Notes under the pieces: generated by a model
What the model was told of the DNA's origin: nothing
The model's input: the letters and a program-made list of their open reading frames with translations, nothing else
Database searches by the model: none
DNA from: an uncultured Gemmatimonadales bacterium
GTDB taxonomy: Bacteria > Gemmatimonadota > Gemmatimonadetes > Longimicrobiales > RSA9
NCBI GenBank assembly: GCA_963741945.1
Contig: CAVUKA010000001.1
Span: forward strand, 1,184,001 to 1,248,000
Length of the DNA stretch: 64,000 nucleotides
Reading direction: 5' to 3'
Shown here: in pieces, positions 26,856 to 36,264 of the stretch
Layout: each line of letters begins with the position of its first letter
Position numbering within the stretch: position 1 is the first letter of the stretch
Position numbers and translations under genes: made by a program

Positions 26856-27932
26856 ATGGCACGGGATCCAGAGACGGAACGGACGGAAGCGGGCATGGTC
26901 CACGCGAGCCTCAGTCGCATGCGGTGGGAGGTCGTGCTGCCGCTTGCTGCCGCGCTGGCGCTGGGGCTGGGCTTCATCCAGCTGATCGGCCTGATCCTGC
27001 GTCCTGTTGCGCTCCTGATCCTGGCCATCACGCTCGCGGAAGCGCTGGCGCCCATCGTGGACTGGGTGGAGGCGCGGCTCCACCGCCGTGCGCTGGCGGT
27101 AACCGTGGTCTACCTGGTGATCGCGCTGCTGATGGGAGGCCTCGGGTGGATGGTGGCACCCGCCATCATCGACCAGGGCCGGGAGCTGGTGGACCGGGCA
27201 CCGGAGCTGATCGGGAACCTCCAGTCTCGCCTCACCCGAGGCGGGATCCTCTCCCAGCAGGACATGTCCGGGTTCGCCTCTTCCCTCCAGTCGCGACTCG
27301 GGAACCTGATCATCGGCGCCCCGCAGATGGTGATGGGCGTGGCCGTGGACGTCCTGGTGGTGATCTTCATCAGCGTATACTGGCTGATCACGGTCCGGAG
27401 CATCCGGTCGTTCACGCTCTCGCTCTTCCCCGCCTCGAGGCGGGAGCGAGCTGGGGAAGTGATGAACCGGATGGGTCGGACCATGGGAGGCTACATCCGG
27501 GGGACGGTGATCAACGCCATCGTCATGGGCGTCCTGGCCTACGTGGGGCTTCTGCTGGTGGGAGTGAACTATCCGCTCGCGCTGGGCGTGCTCACCATGA
27601 TGGGCGAGGTCGTGCCCTACATCGGGCCCGTCATCGTGGGGATCATCGTGAGCCTGATCGCACTGCTGCAGTCGCTCACCCGCGCCCTGATCGCACTCGC
27701 CCTCTTTGTGGGGCTGGAGCAGTTCGAGGGGCACCTGCTCACGCCCAACATCATGCGCAGCCAGACGGACGTGCCCCAGACGCTGGTGCTCTTCGCCATC
27801 GTGGTGGGCGCGGGCGTGGGCGGCATCCTGGGGATCCTCGTCGCCATCCCCACGGCCGCCGCGCTCCGCGTCTTCATCCTCGAAGTGCTGGCCCCGCGCG
27901 AGCGAAAGGCCGTGGCGGAGGCGGCGGAGTAG
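26856..27932 (+). CDS. AI-2E family transporter
   Basis: Multi-TM; GYIRG, VPYIGP, QFEGHLLTPNIM, GILGILVAIP. Confidence 0.9.
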   Translation: MARDPETERTEAGMVHASLSRMRWEVVLPLAAALALGLGFIQLIGLILRPVALLILAITLAEALAPIVDWVEARLHRRALAVTVVYLVIALLMGGLGWMVAPAIIDQGRELVDRAPELIGNLQSRLTRGGILSQQDMSGFASSLQSRLGNLIIGAPQMVMGVAVDVLVVIFISVYWLITVRSIRSFTLSLFPASRRERAGEVMNRMGRTMGGYIRGTVINAIVMGVLAYVGLLLVGVNYPLALGVLTMMGEVVPYIGPVIVGIIVSLIALLQSLTRALIALALFVGLEQFEGHLLTPNIMRSQTDVPQTLVLFAIVVGAGVGGILGILVAIPTAAALRVFILEVLAPRERKAVAEAAE

Positions 27933-28022
27933 CGATCCTGGTCGCGGGCGGCCGGCGGCGACGGCCGCGCCAGCCGGGGGGTCTCTCCAACCTGTCCAAC
28001 CTGCCATGTCGGGGACCGTCAG

Positions 28023-29042
28023 CTAGGGCAGCGGTCGTTCCGTGATCTCGCGCATCTCCCGCCGCGCGGCGGGGGAACGGACCTCTCGAAGCCACAGCAG
28101 CGCGAGCGCCGGTATTCCCACCAGCACGTCCCGCAGCCGTTTCAGCAGCGACACGGCCACCCCCACTGCGGCCGTGAGCCCCACGAGGTGCGCGCCCAGC
28201 AGGTATCCGCCTTCCTGGGCTCCGAGCCCCGCGGGCATGAAGAACCCCGCGTTCGCGGCCGCGCGGCCGACGCTCTCGAATACCACCATGTCCCGGGCGC
28301 CGATGAACTGGTGAACGGCGTACAGCAGCATCCAGATCTCTGCGGCGGCGAAGAAGAAGCTCAGGAAATGCCAGCCGGCCGTGCGGGCGAGGGCTCGGGT
28401 CTCGCCATAGATGGTGCCGATGGTGTCGTCCACGCCGTTGATGCTGCCGGCGAACCTGAGCCACCGGTCGCGCTCCGCTCGACGCTCCAGACGGGTGGCG
28501 AGCTTCCGCAGCAGGTTGGCGCGCTGGGCATAGACCAACGAGCCGAGCATTACGATGAGGATCGCCCCCGCCACCGCGGTATCGGTCGCGCTCTGGCCGC
28601 GAATCGCCAGGAGGCTCAGTCCGCAGCCGATGAACAGGGCCAGGGACACCATCCGGAGCGTCAGCTCCACGATGATGACGGCCGCCGACACCGTTCCCCC
28701 GACTTCCGGACGATGCCGCGCCAGCAGATAGCCGCGCATGACGTCGCCGGCCACTTCCGGACCGGGCAGCAGCGCCTGCGACCCGTCCGCGACCCAGCGG
28801 TAGTAGAAGATGTCCCGGAACGGCGCGTTCGCACCGTTGGCGTGCAGCAGGCTCCGCCACGCCATGGCCAGGATGGCGATGTAGGCGAAGTGCGCCACGG
28901 CGAGCAGCGCCACCCACCACCCCGCTTCGCGGAGCATCCCCCAGATGCGGGCGGGTCCCGCGTGCAGGATGAAGAAAACCGTGAGCCCCAGCCCCAGGGC
29001 GAGGAGGAGCGCTCCCCAGACCCTGACCCGGGCGCGGGTCAC
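28023..29042 (-). CDS. Lysylphosphatidylglycerol-synthase TM/flippase-like protein (HpnL-like)
   Basis: Multi-TM; LLP...VAGDVMR, FFMPAGLGAQEGG, SLLKRLRD; GTG overlaps the hpnP-like stop. Confidence 0.8.
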   Translation of the reverse strand: MTRARVRVWGALLLALGLGLTVFFILHAGPARIWGMLREAGWWVALLAVAHFAYIAILAMAWRSLLHANGANAPFRDIFYYRWVADGSQALLPGPEVAGDVMRGYLLARHRPEVGGTVSAAVIIVELTLRMVSLALFIGCGLSLLAIRGQSATDTAVAGAILIVMLGSLVYAQRANLLRKLATRLERRAERDRWLRFAGSINGVDDTIGTIYGETRALARTAGWHFLSFFFAAAEIWMLLYAVHQFIGARDMVVFESVGRAAANAGFFMPAGLGAQEGGYLLGAHLVGLTAAVGVAVSLLKRLRDVLVGIPALALLWLREVRSPAARREMREITERPLP

Positions 29043-30733
29043 CCGGCGCGCCTCGTCTCGAGCTGGACGAGCGAGCCAGGGCGCGCATCGCCGGCGCCGG
29101 GGTGCACCTCCGCCGGTGCGCCATCGGGCGAGTAGAAGGAGTACTCTCCCACGCCGGCGTCGCAGTCCCGGGCGAACTGGATCAGGTGGTGCGCCACCAT
29201 CGGGACATGGACCAGCGACTCGATCTTCCCCTGCCGCAGGGCGGGGAGGGCGAACCGCCAGAAGGTCCGGCGGTAATCGCCGCGCACACCCACGCGCCAG
29301 AAGGTGCGGGCTAGCATGCCGAGTCCCTTGCGCAGCGATCCCTCAGGGATCGTCCGGTTCTCGCCCGGGTCGAACCGGTGGGGATAGGTGTGATCCACCT
29401 GGTGCTGGAAGCGACGGTAGAGCGCCTCCGGCCGGTTCGCCTCCCGCACCGCGCGCAGCCATCCTTCTCGCACCGTTTCCCGCGGCAGCTTGAAGTCGAC
29501 ATTCGACTCGTCGCCGCCCGCACCGTCGGAGAGGATGCGTCCTTCCTTCTCCAGCCGCCGCCAGAGCGGTGTCCGCGGGAGAGCGTACAGGAGGTTGATG
29601 GTGAGCATCGGGATATGAGATGCCTCGATGAACTCGAGGATCCGGTCCGGCGTCTCCTCCGTGTCCGAGTCCAGCCCCATGATGATCCCCGAAACCACTT
29701 CGAAGCCGTAGGAGTTCAGGATCTGCACGGCTTCAAGGATCGGCATCCCGAGGTTCTGCTTCTTGGAGATCCCGGCCAGCGACTCCTCGTCAGGGGTCTC
29801 GATCCCCACGAACACGGTGTGGAACCACGCCTCCCGCATGAGCTCCAGGATCTTCGTGTTCCTCGCCACGTTGATGGAGAGCTCGCAGGCCAGGCTCAGG
29901 GGGTAGCCGTTCCTCCGCTGCCAGTCCACCAGGTGCGGCAGGATCTCCAGCGCGGCCTTCTGGCTCCCGATGAAGTTGTCGTCCACGAAATACACGGCGC
30001 CCGGCGCTCCGGCCTCCATGAGAGCGTCCAGCTCCGCGCACACCTGCTCCGGCGTCTTCAGCCGCGGCACGCGGCCGTACAGCTCCGGGATGTCGCAGAA
30101 CTCGCAGCGGAACGGGCAGCCGCTGGAGTACTGGATGCTGGCCAGGAAGTAGTCGCGCACGTCGATGTGCTCGTAGGCCGGCAGCGGGAACTCGTGCAGC
30201 GGCCGCCGATCGGTGGTCTCGTACCGCAGCTGCTCGGGCGGGCGCTCCACGGTGCGGGCGATCCGATCGAAGAGCGCATCCGTTCCATTGCCCAGCTCGC
30301 CGAGGTGGAGCAGGTCCACGTCCGGGTACCACTCCGGGCACGCCGATACGGACGGCCCTCCCAGCGCCGTGACGAGGCCGTGCCGGTGCGCCGCGGCGTT
30401 GACTTCCCGGATACGCTCTCGCTGCACGTGCATCCCGGTGATGAACACCGCGTCCGCCCACTCGTAGTCCTCGTCGCTCGCGCGCCCGAGGTTCTCGTCC
30501 ACGAACCGGACCTCCCACGCGTCCGGGATCGCGCCGGCCACGACCAGCAGCCCCTGTGGGGGCATGAACGCCCTGGCCCGCCCGTGCAGCGGATACGCGT
30601 GGTGCAGCGTGCCGAAGGAGCGGGCGTACTGCGGGAACACGCACAGGATCCTGCGGGCCGGTCCCTTCCTTGTCGGCGTGCGCGTTCGGTGCGGACTGTC
30701 GGGGATCAGGCGTCTCGTGTCTTCTCGTCCCAT
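29039..30733 (-). CDS. hpnP: Cobalamin-dependent radical SAM methylase, hopanoid C-2 methylase-like
   Basis: RRILCVFP.Y..SFGT, AFMPPQGLLV, GMHVQR, LGGPSVSACP, QYSSGCPFRCEFCDIPELYGR, VYFVDDNFIG, IPMLTINLL, ESNVDF, GVRGDY, VAHHLI match recalled HpnP segments over the full length. Confidence 0.85.
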   Translation of the reverse strand: MGREDTRRLIPDSPHRTRTPTRKGPARRILCVFPQYARSFGTLHHAYPLHGRARAFMPPQGLLVVAGAIPDAWEVRFVDENLGRASDEDYEWADAVFITGMHVQRERIREVNAAAHRHGLVTALGGPSVSACPEWYPDVDLLHLGELGNGTDALFDRIARTVERPPEQLRYETTDRRPLHEFPLPAYEHIDVRDYFLASIQYSSGCPFRCEFCDIPELYGRVPRLKTPEQVCAELDALMEAGAPGAVYFVDDNFIGSQKAALEILPHLVDWQRRNGYPLSLACELSINVARNTKILELMREAWFHTVFVGIETPDEESLAGISKKQNLGMPILEAVQILNSYGFEVVSGIIMGLDSDTEETPDRILEFIEASHIPMLTINLLYALPRTPLWRRLEKEGRILSDGAGGDESNVDFKLPRETVREGWLRAVREANRPEALYRRFQHQVDHTYPHRFDPGENRTIPEGSLRKGLGMLARTFWRVGVRGDYRRTFWRFALPALRQGKIESLVHVPMVAHHLIQFARDCDAGVGEYSFYSPDGAPAEVHPGAGDARPGSLVQLETRRAG

Positions 30734-30909
30734 GGACAGCTCCGGGTAAGGAAGAACTCGCGCGGCTATCCGACCGGCAGCGCAAGACATGTTCCCGCTC
30801 CAGGCCATCGCGCGCGGGGCCCGGAGCCGTACATTGGGCACATGGGGGAGCCCCGGGGCGCCGCCCGACGCCAGCCGGAACCCGCGCGAACCTCCAACCG
30901 GAGCCGGAG

Positions 30910-31656
30910 ATGGACCACCGCGTGGTGCCGCGCCGCGTAACCACGATCGCCGCGCTGGCGACGCTGATGTCGGCCGCGCCCGCGTGCCGCCGGAGCGCCG
31001 ATGTCTGGCTGGAAGGGCGGACCCTCTCCGCAACTTCCCGGGGCACGGCCGATGACGCCTCGCCTGCCCACCCGGCCGCGTCCTACACGCTCGACAGCAG
31101 GGAGCTGTGGGCGGCGGACAGTCTGACGTCCGCGTACTCCGAGCCGCCGCGCGCCGGGAGGCTGGCGGGCGGCGTGGCCGCCCAGCCCGTGGACACGGCC
31201 ACCGGCCTCGACGTCCGCTATGCCACTGCGCGCTCGGTGAGCCGCGTCGTCTTCCCCATGGAAGTCCGGAAGGCGGGGCGCGTGGAGCTGCAGATCGACC
31301 TGGCGCTCGCCGACGTCGAGATCGGAGGCACGGGGCTCCCGCGCGTCGAAACGAGCGGCGCGATCCTGGACCAGGACGGCGCGCCGGTCCCCGGCGGGGA
31401 CATCGGCACCCTCACACTGGAGATCCGCGGCGACGGGGCCGTGGTCATCGACCAGTTCCCCGACGCTACGGATGCCCTCCAGGCGAACGGCCGCTATACG
31501 CGCACCCTGAGCGGGCCGCTCGGAGGCGTGCGCCTGGCCCGCGGCCGCTATCAGGTGGGGATGGACCTGTGGCTCGAGGCCTCCGCCGCCACGGCGAGCG
31601 GGCCGTACCAGCTCGCGCGCATCGGGCAGGCGACGGCGACGCTTCGCGTCCCCTGA
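30910..31656 (+). CDS. Hypothetical exported/lipoprotein
   Basis: GGAG RBS; signal-like N-terminus with Cys; GC3-rich codon usage. Confidence 0.6.
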   Translation: MDHRVVPRRVTTIAALATLMSAAPACRRSADVWLEGRTLSATSRGTADDASPAHPAASYTLDSRELWAADSLTSAYSEPPRAGRLAGGVAAQPVDTATGLDVRYATARSVSRVVFPMEVRKAGRVELQIDLALADVEIGGTGLPRVETSGAILDQDGAPVPGGDIGTLTLEIRGDGAVVIDQFPDATDALQANGRYTRTLSGPLGGVRLARGRYQVGMDLWLEASAATASGPYQLARIGQATATLRVP

Positions 31657-31665
31657 CCCGTCCGG

Positions 31666-33165
31666 CTACTCCGTCGCCGCTGCCTCCGCCACCGTTCCCC
31701 CCGCCGCGGCGTGCGCCTGCGACTGCGCGCTCCCGCGCGGGAAGACCAGCGCCACGGCGATTCCCAGCGCCGCCACCACCATCATCCCGACATACACGGA
31801 ATGGAGGCCCGCGGCCATCGCCTGGCGGAGCGCTTCCAGCTGCTCGGGCGGCACTGAGCCACGGAGCGCCGGGTCGAGCGCGGTGTTCGGGTCCAGCTGC
31901 ACATTGGCCTCGTGCAGGTGCGTCGTGAGCAGCGCGCCGAGCCCCGCCACGGCGATGGCTCCACCAATGGTGCGGAAGAACTGCGTGCTGCCGGTAGCCA
32001 CGCCCCGGAGTCGCCACGGCACGGCGTTCTGCACGGCCACGAGGTAGGGCGTGGAGACCAGGCCGAGGCCCACGCCGGTCACCAGCATCGCGCCCATGAG
32101 CAGCCCGCGGGAAGCGCCCGGGGGGGCGAACGCGAGGATGGCCGTCCCTGCGAACGTCGCCATTGCGCCCAGCACGCCCAGCGGCCGATACCCAACGCGC
32201 AGGAGCAGCCAGCCCGCGGCGGTGCTGGCGATCGGCCAGCCGATGGACATGGGGGCCAGTGTCATGCCGGCGTCCACCGCCGTCCCGCCGAGCACCCCCT
32301 GGGTGAACATGGGGACGAACGCGGTGGCGCAGAACAGAACGGTCCCCAGCACCACGTTTCCGGCGCTCGACACGGAGATCACGCGGTTCCGGAACAGGTG
32401 GAGTGGGAGCATCGGCTCGGCGGCGCGGCGCTCCTGGGCGAGGAAGAGGCCCGCACCGACGAGGGAGAGGCCCAGAAGGCCGAGGGTGCGCCAGTCGTTC
32501 CAGCCGAACATCTCCGTCCCTTCCAGGAGCGTCAGGAGAAGCACGGCCACGGAGACGGTGAGCAGCACGGTCCCGAGGATGTCCAGCCGGTGCTCCCGCC
32601 TGGCCTGCCGCTCCCGCAGGTACAGCTGGAGCAGCACCACGGACGCCACGCCGAACGGGACGTTCAGGTAGAACACCCAGCGCCAGCTGAGCAGGTCCGT
32701 CACCAGCCCGCCCACGGCCGGGCCGACGAGACTGGAAACGCCCCACACGCCGGAAAACAGCCCCTGGATCTTTCCCCGCTCCTCGAGCGGGTAGATGTCG
32801 CCGATGAGGGTGGTGGCCACGGGCATTACCCCGCCGGCGCCCAGGCCCTGGATGGCCCGGAACGCGATCAGCTGGTTGAAGCTGCCGGCCAGTCCCGAGA
32901 GCATCGAGCCGGCCATGAACAGCAGCGCACTGAGGATGTAGACGCGCCGACGGCCGTAGAGGTCGGCCAGCTTGCTGAACAGCGGGACCACCGTGGTGGA
33001 CGTCAGGAGGTACGCCGAGAATACCCACGAATACCGTGCGACACCGCCCAGCTCGGCCACGGCCGTCGGCATGGCCGTGCCCACGGCGGTGGCTTCCAGC
33101 GCGGCCAGGAACATCCCGAGGATGAGGGCCGCCGTTACGATTCTACGGTCGCGTCCCGGTTTCAT
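31666..33165 (-). CDS. MFS drug:H+ antiporter (DHA2/MDR type)
   Basis: LAALEATAVGTAMP, KLADLYGRR, FRAIQGLGAGG, WRWVFYLNVP; about 14 TM. Confidence 0.92.
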   Translation of the reverse strand: MKPGRDRRIVTAALILGMFLAALEATAVGTAMPTAVAELGGVARYSWVFSAYLLTSTTVVPLFSKLADLYGRRRVYILSALLFMAGSMLSGLAGSFNQLIAFRAIQGLGAGGVMPVATTLIGDIYPLEERGKIQGLFSGVWGVSSLVGPAVGGLVTDLLSWRWVFYLNVPFGVASVVLLQLYLRERQARREHRLDILGTVLLTVSVAVLLLTLLEGTEMFGWNDWRTLGLLGLSLVGAGLFLAQERRAAEPMLPLHLFRNRVISVSSAGNVVLGTVLFCATAFVPMFTQGVLGGTAVDAGMTLAPMSIGWPIASTAAGWLLLRVGYRPLGVLGAMATFAGTAILAFAPPGASRGLLMGAMLVTGVGLGLVSTPYLVAVQNAVPWRLRGVATGSTQFFRTIGGAIAVAGLGALLTTHLHEANVQLDPNTALDPALRGSVPPEQLEALRQAMAAGLHSVYVGMMVVAALGIAVALVFPRGSAQSQAHAAAGGTVAEAAATE

Positions 33166-33273
33166 GCGGGGGGAAGGATCGCCCGTGCGGGGCGGCCGGT
33201 CAACGGGTGCCGTGACCTCCTTCGCGCCGCCAACTGGTGTCCACCGGCGCTGGCGCGCCGGCGGGCGGCGCGA

Positions 33274-34140
33274 TCAGCCTGCCGCTCGGTCCGACGGCGC
33301 TGCTGGAGGCGGTGGTGCGGCTGGCCGGGCGACCACCGATCGGACCGCGGCCGCGTGCGGACGACGATTGACTCCCGCAGGGAGCGAACGCTGGATCCAT
33401 GCCTTCTGGCGGCGCCGCATCACTTCCGCCGCCACGGCCGTCGGGGTCCCCGGGGCGATGGGGGTGTAGAGGTCCCGCCGCCGCGTGAGGTCCCGCACCA
33501 CCGCGTCCGTCAGCGATGGCCGCTCACGACCGCGCTCCGCCAGGTACGCGGCGATATCCAGCGACTCCAGCCGCAGCGACATGGGCCGGAAGAATCGGGG
33601 CCGCGACGCGCCCGGCGGGAATACGTGGTGCAGCCCGCCGCTGTACGCCAGGATCATCCGCCCCGTGCCGAGCGCCTGCAGCACCTCCACCACGCCGGGC
33701 TTCACCGTCATCGGCGCCCCCGTTTTGTCCTTCCCGTTCGGCCGCATCATTCGGCCCTCGGGAAAGATCGCCAGCATGGAATGCGGGTCGTCGATCTCAT
33801 CCAGAACCCGGGCCCAGCTCCGGTCACGGCGGCGCGTGATCGGGACCGCGTTCGGAACCAGGAGCCGGAAGATCCGACCTTCGATCGGGCGGTCCATGGT
33901 CTCCCGGGCGACGGGCAGCACCGCGTGCTTCGACATCTTCCGCAGCACGCGGTTCGGCACCACGGCCACGTAGATCCCTTCGGCCAGGCTCGTGTGGTGA
34001 AGGACGGCGATCAGGCGGATGTCGTCCCACGGGTCCGCCGGGACGTCCCCCACCCACTCGGTATGGATGCGATACAGCGCGCGGCTCGCGTGCTTGACCG
34101 CGAGCAGTGCGGCGTAGCTGAATATGGAAGCCGTGTTCAT
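33274..34140 (-). CDS. Lysophospholipid acyltransferase (PlsC-like) family protein
   Basis: HHTSLAE (HxxxxD/E block), IFPEGR, YSGGLHHV. Confidence 0.7.
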   Translation of the reverse strand: MNTASIFSYAALLAVKHASRALYRIHTEWVGDVPADPWDDIRLIAVLHHTSLAEGIYVAVVPNRVLRKMSKHAVLPVARETMDRPIEGRIFRLLVPNAVPITRRRDRSWARVLDEIDDPHSMLAIFPEGRMMRPNGKDKTGAPMTVKPGVVEVLQALGTGRMILAYSGGLHHVFPPGASRPRFFRPMSLRLESLDIAAYLAERGRERPSLTDAVVRDLTRRRDLYTPIAPGTPTAVAAEVMRRRQKAWIQRSLPAGVNRRPHAAAVRSVVARPAAPPPPAAPSDRAAG

Positions 34141-34336
34141 GCGCGCATGCCCCTCTTGGGATGCATCCCTTGAGAGCAGTGCAAGACCCCGGCCGCGCTC
34201 GGGACCGGAGCCCGCTGCCGCCAAACGGGCGGCGCGGAACTACATACTGTAGCGAACGGACGCCCACGCGGCCAGCGCAGCTCGCCGGCGGACGCCCGTC
34301 ACAGGGGGAGAAACCTCTCGCGCTGTCCGTCCGGCG

Positions 34337-34594
34337 CTACGCCCCGGCGACCCACTCACCCGAGTCCGAGTCGACGCCCAGGGCCAGCTCGTTGTCCCGC
34401 TGCTCCCTGCGCACACGAACGCCGTCCACCGCGTCGGCCATGGCGTTCAGAAAATGCCGGACCTCCGCCGAATGGCGACAGCAATCAGGCACGCTCCGCT
34501 CGACGCAGTCCATGCACGAGCTACGCAGCGCGCGGCTGATGTTCTGCAGCTCCTCAATGGAGAGCCGCCCCGGATCCATGTGGATCTTGATCAT
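34337..34594 (-). CDS. Small Cys-rich hypothetical protein
   Basis: Strong RBS AAGGAGG; 85 aa with CMDC...CCRH; directly downstream of citF. Confidence 0.55.
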   Translation of the reverse strand: MIKIHMDPGRLSIEELQNISRALRSSCMDCVERSVPDCCRHSAEVRHFLNAMADAVDGVRVRREQRDNELALGVDSDSGEWVAGA

Positions 34595-34650
34595 GCTTCC
34601 TCCTTCCCCCGGGCGCCCCTGGGGGTGCCGGGTGCAGGGATGGGCCGTTC

Positions 34651-36264
34651 CTACTCGCGATTCGCCACCTGGAAGACCGTGTCCAGCACGGTCCCGTCCA
34701 CCCATTTCACGATGGCTACCGGCCGGTCGGTGACCCGCGGCGGCGCCGGCGCGCCGCCAATCATCCGGTCCACCTCGGCCTTGATCTCGGGCAGCGGCCG
34801 TATGGGAAGGCCGGAGCCGGCCGTGGCCCGGATCAGGTCCTCCCGCTTCGGGTTGATGGCGATGCCACGTTCCGTCACCACGACGTCGATGAGCTCGCCC
34901 GGGCCGGTGAGCGTGGTCACCCGATCCACCAGCACCGGAATGCGATCGCGGAACGCCGGCACGGCCAGGATGGTGCACCCGCTGAACAGGCAATTCTGCC
35001 AGCCACCGATCCCGTGGAGCAGCATGCCGTCCGAGTGGGTGACCACGTTGGCGTTGAAGTCCACGTCCACTTCTGTGGCGCCCAGCACCACGGCGTCCAC
35101 CATGGAGGCGAAGTTCCCCTTCCCATGGTAGTTGTAGGAGGTGAACGGCGATGTGGCGACGTGGCGCGCATCGCTCCCGATGGACTGCACGCCCGCCAGG
35201 TCGAACGTCTGGCCGTCCAGGATGTAGTCGGTGAGCCCCTCCCGCAGCAGGTCCACCAGGTACTTCGTCGAGCCGCCCCGGACGAACCGGGCCTTCACGC
35301 CCGCCTCCTTCATCAGCTCCTTCAGATAGCCCACGAAGGCCAGGGCGATTCCGCCCGCGCCCGCCTGGAAGCTGAAGCCGTCGCGCATGATCCCGGCTTC
35401 CTTGAGGAAGCGGGCCACGTACTCGGCAATGAGCAGCCGGTCCGGGCTCTTCGTGATCTCGGTGGTGCCGGACACGATCTTCGACGGGTCGCCCACGGAG
35501 TCCACCACCACGACGTGGTCGACGTTGTTGCCCTGGATCTGCCAGGGGATGCACGGGAACGGCACGACGTTGTCCGTCACCACGATGACGTGGTCGGCGT
35601 ACATGGAGTCGGCCAGGGCGAAGCCCAGGGAGCCGCACGCGGACGGCCCGTGCGAGCCATCCGCGTTGCCGAACGGGTCCGCCGTGGGGGCGGCGATCAC
35701 CGCGATGTCCACGTGGACTTCCCCGTCCTGGATGGCCTGCCAGCGGCCGCCGTGGGAACGGAGCACGCCCAGCCCCGCCATCCGGCCGCGCGACGTGTAG
35801 TCGCCCAGCGGCCCGTTCATGCTCCCCTCGATGTGGTGCACCACGCCCCGATCCATGAGATCCACCACCGGCGCCTGCACGGGGAACGACGCGCTCGGGA
35901 ACCAGCGCAGCCCGCTGACCCCGATTTCCGCCGCGGCCTGGAGCGCCGCGACCGCCACCCGGTCACCGTTCCGGAAGTGGTGGTGCGTGGAAATCGTCAT
36001 CCCATCCCGGAGTCCGCACGCTTCCAGCGCCGCGCGCAGGCTCGGAACGCGCTTGTCCCCGTTCGCCGGATAGTCGCTGGACGAGCGGATCGGCGGCCCG
36101 GCCTTGCGCCCCTCCGGTACGCGTGCACCCACGCCCGCGTACGCCACCTGCGACTCCCCGTTCACCACCAGCGGCACCCGCCGACCGGCCGCGTTCTCCA
36201 CCAGCTCCGCCCACGCCGGGCCCTCCAGCCAGGGCGCTGCCGGTACCTTCGTGATCACACTCAC
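34651..36264 (-). CDS. citF: Citrate lyase alpha subunit (citrate CoA/ACP-transferase)-like
   Basis: GLRDGMTISTHHHFRNGD, RSHGGR, ACGSLG, GFSFQAGAGG, LGATEVDVDFNANV, GIGG, VTERGIAINP, DGTVLD. Confidence 0.92.
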   Translation of the reverse strand: MSVITKVPAAPWLEGPAWAELVENAAGRRVPLVVNGESQVAYAGVGARVPEGRKAGPPIRSSSDYPANGDKRVPSLRAALEACGLRDGMTISTHHHFRNGDRVAVAALQAAAEIGVSGLRWFPSASFPVQAPVVDLMDRGVVHHIEGSMNGPLGDYTSRGRMAGLGVLRSHGGRWQAIQDGEVHVDIAVIAAPTADPFGNADGSHGPSACGSLGFALADSMYADHVIVVTDNVVPFPCIPWQIQGNNVDHVVVVDSVGDPSKIVSGTTEITKSPDRLLIAEYVARFLKEAGIMRDGFSFQAGAGGIALAFVGYLKELMKEAGVKARFVRGGSTKYLVDLLREGLTDYILDGQTFDLAGVQSIGSDARHVATSPFTSYNYHGKGNFASMVDAVVLGATEVDVDFNANVVTHSDGMLLHGIGGWQNCLFSGCTILAVPAFRDRIPVLVDRVTTLTGPGELIDVVVTERGIAINPKREDLIRATAGSGLPIRPLPEIKAEVDRMIGGAPAPPRVTDRPVAIVKWVDGTVLDTVFQVANRE

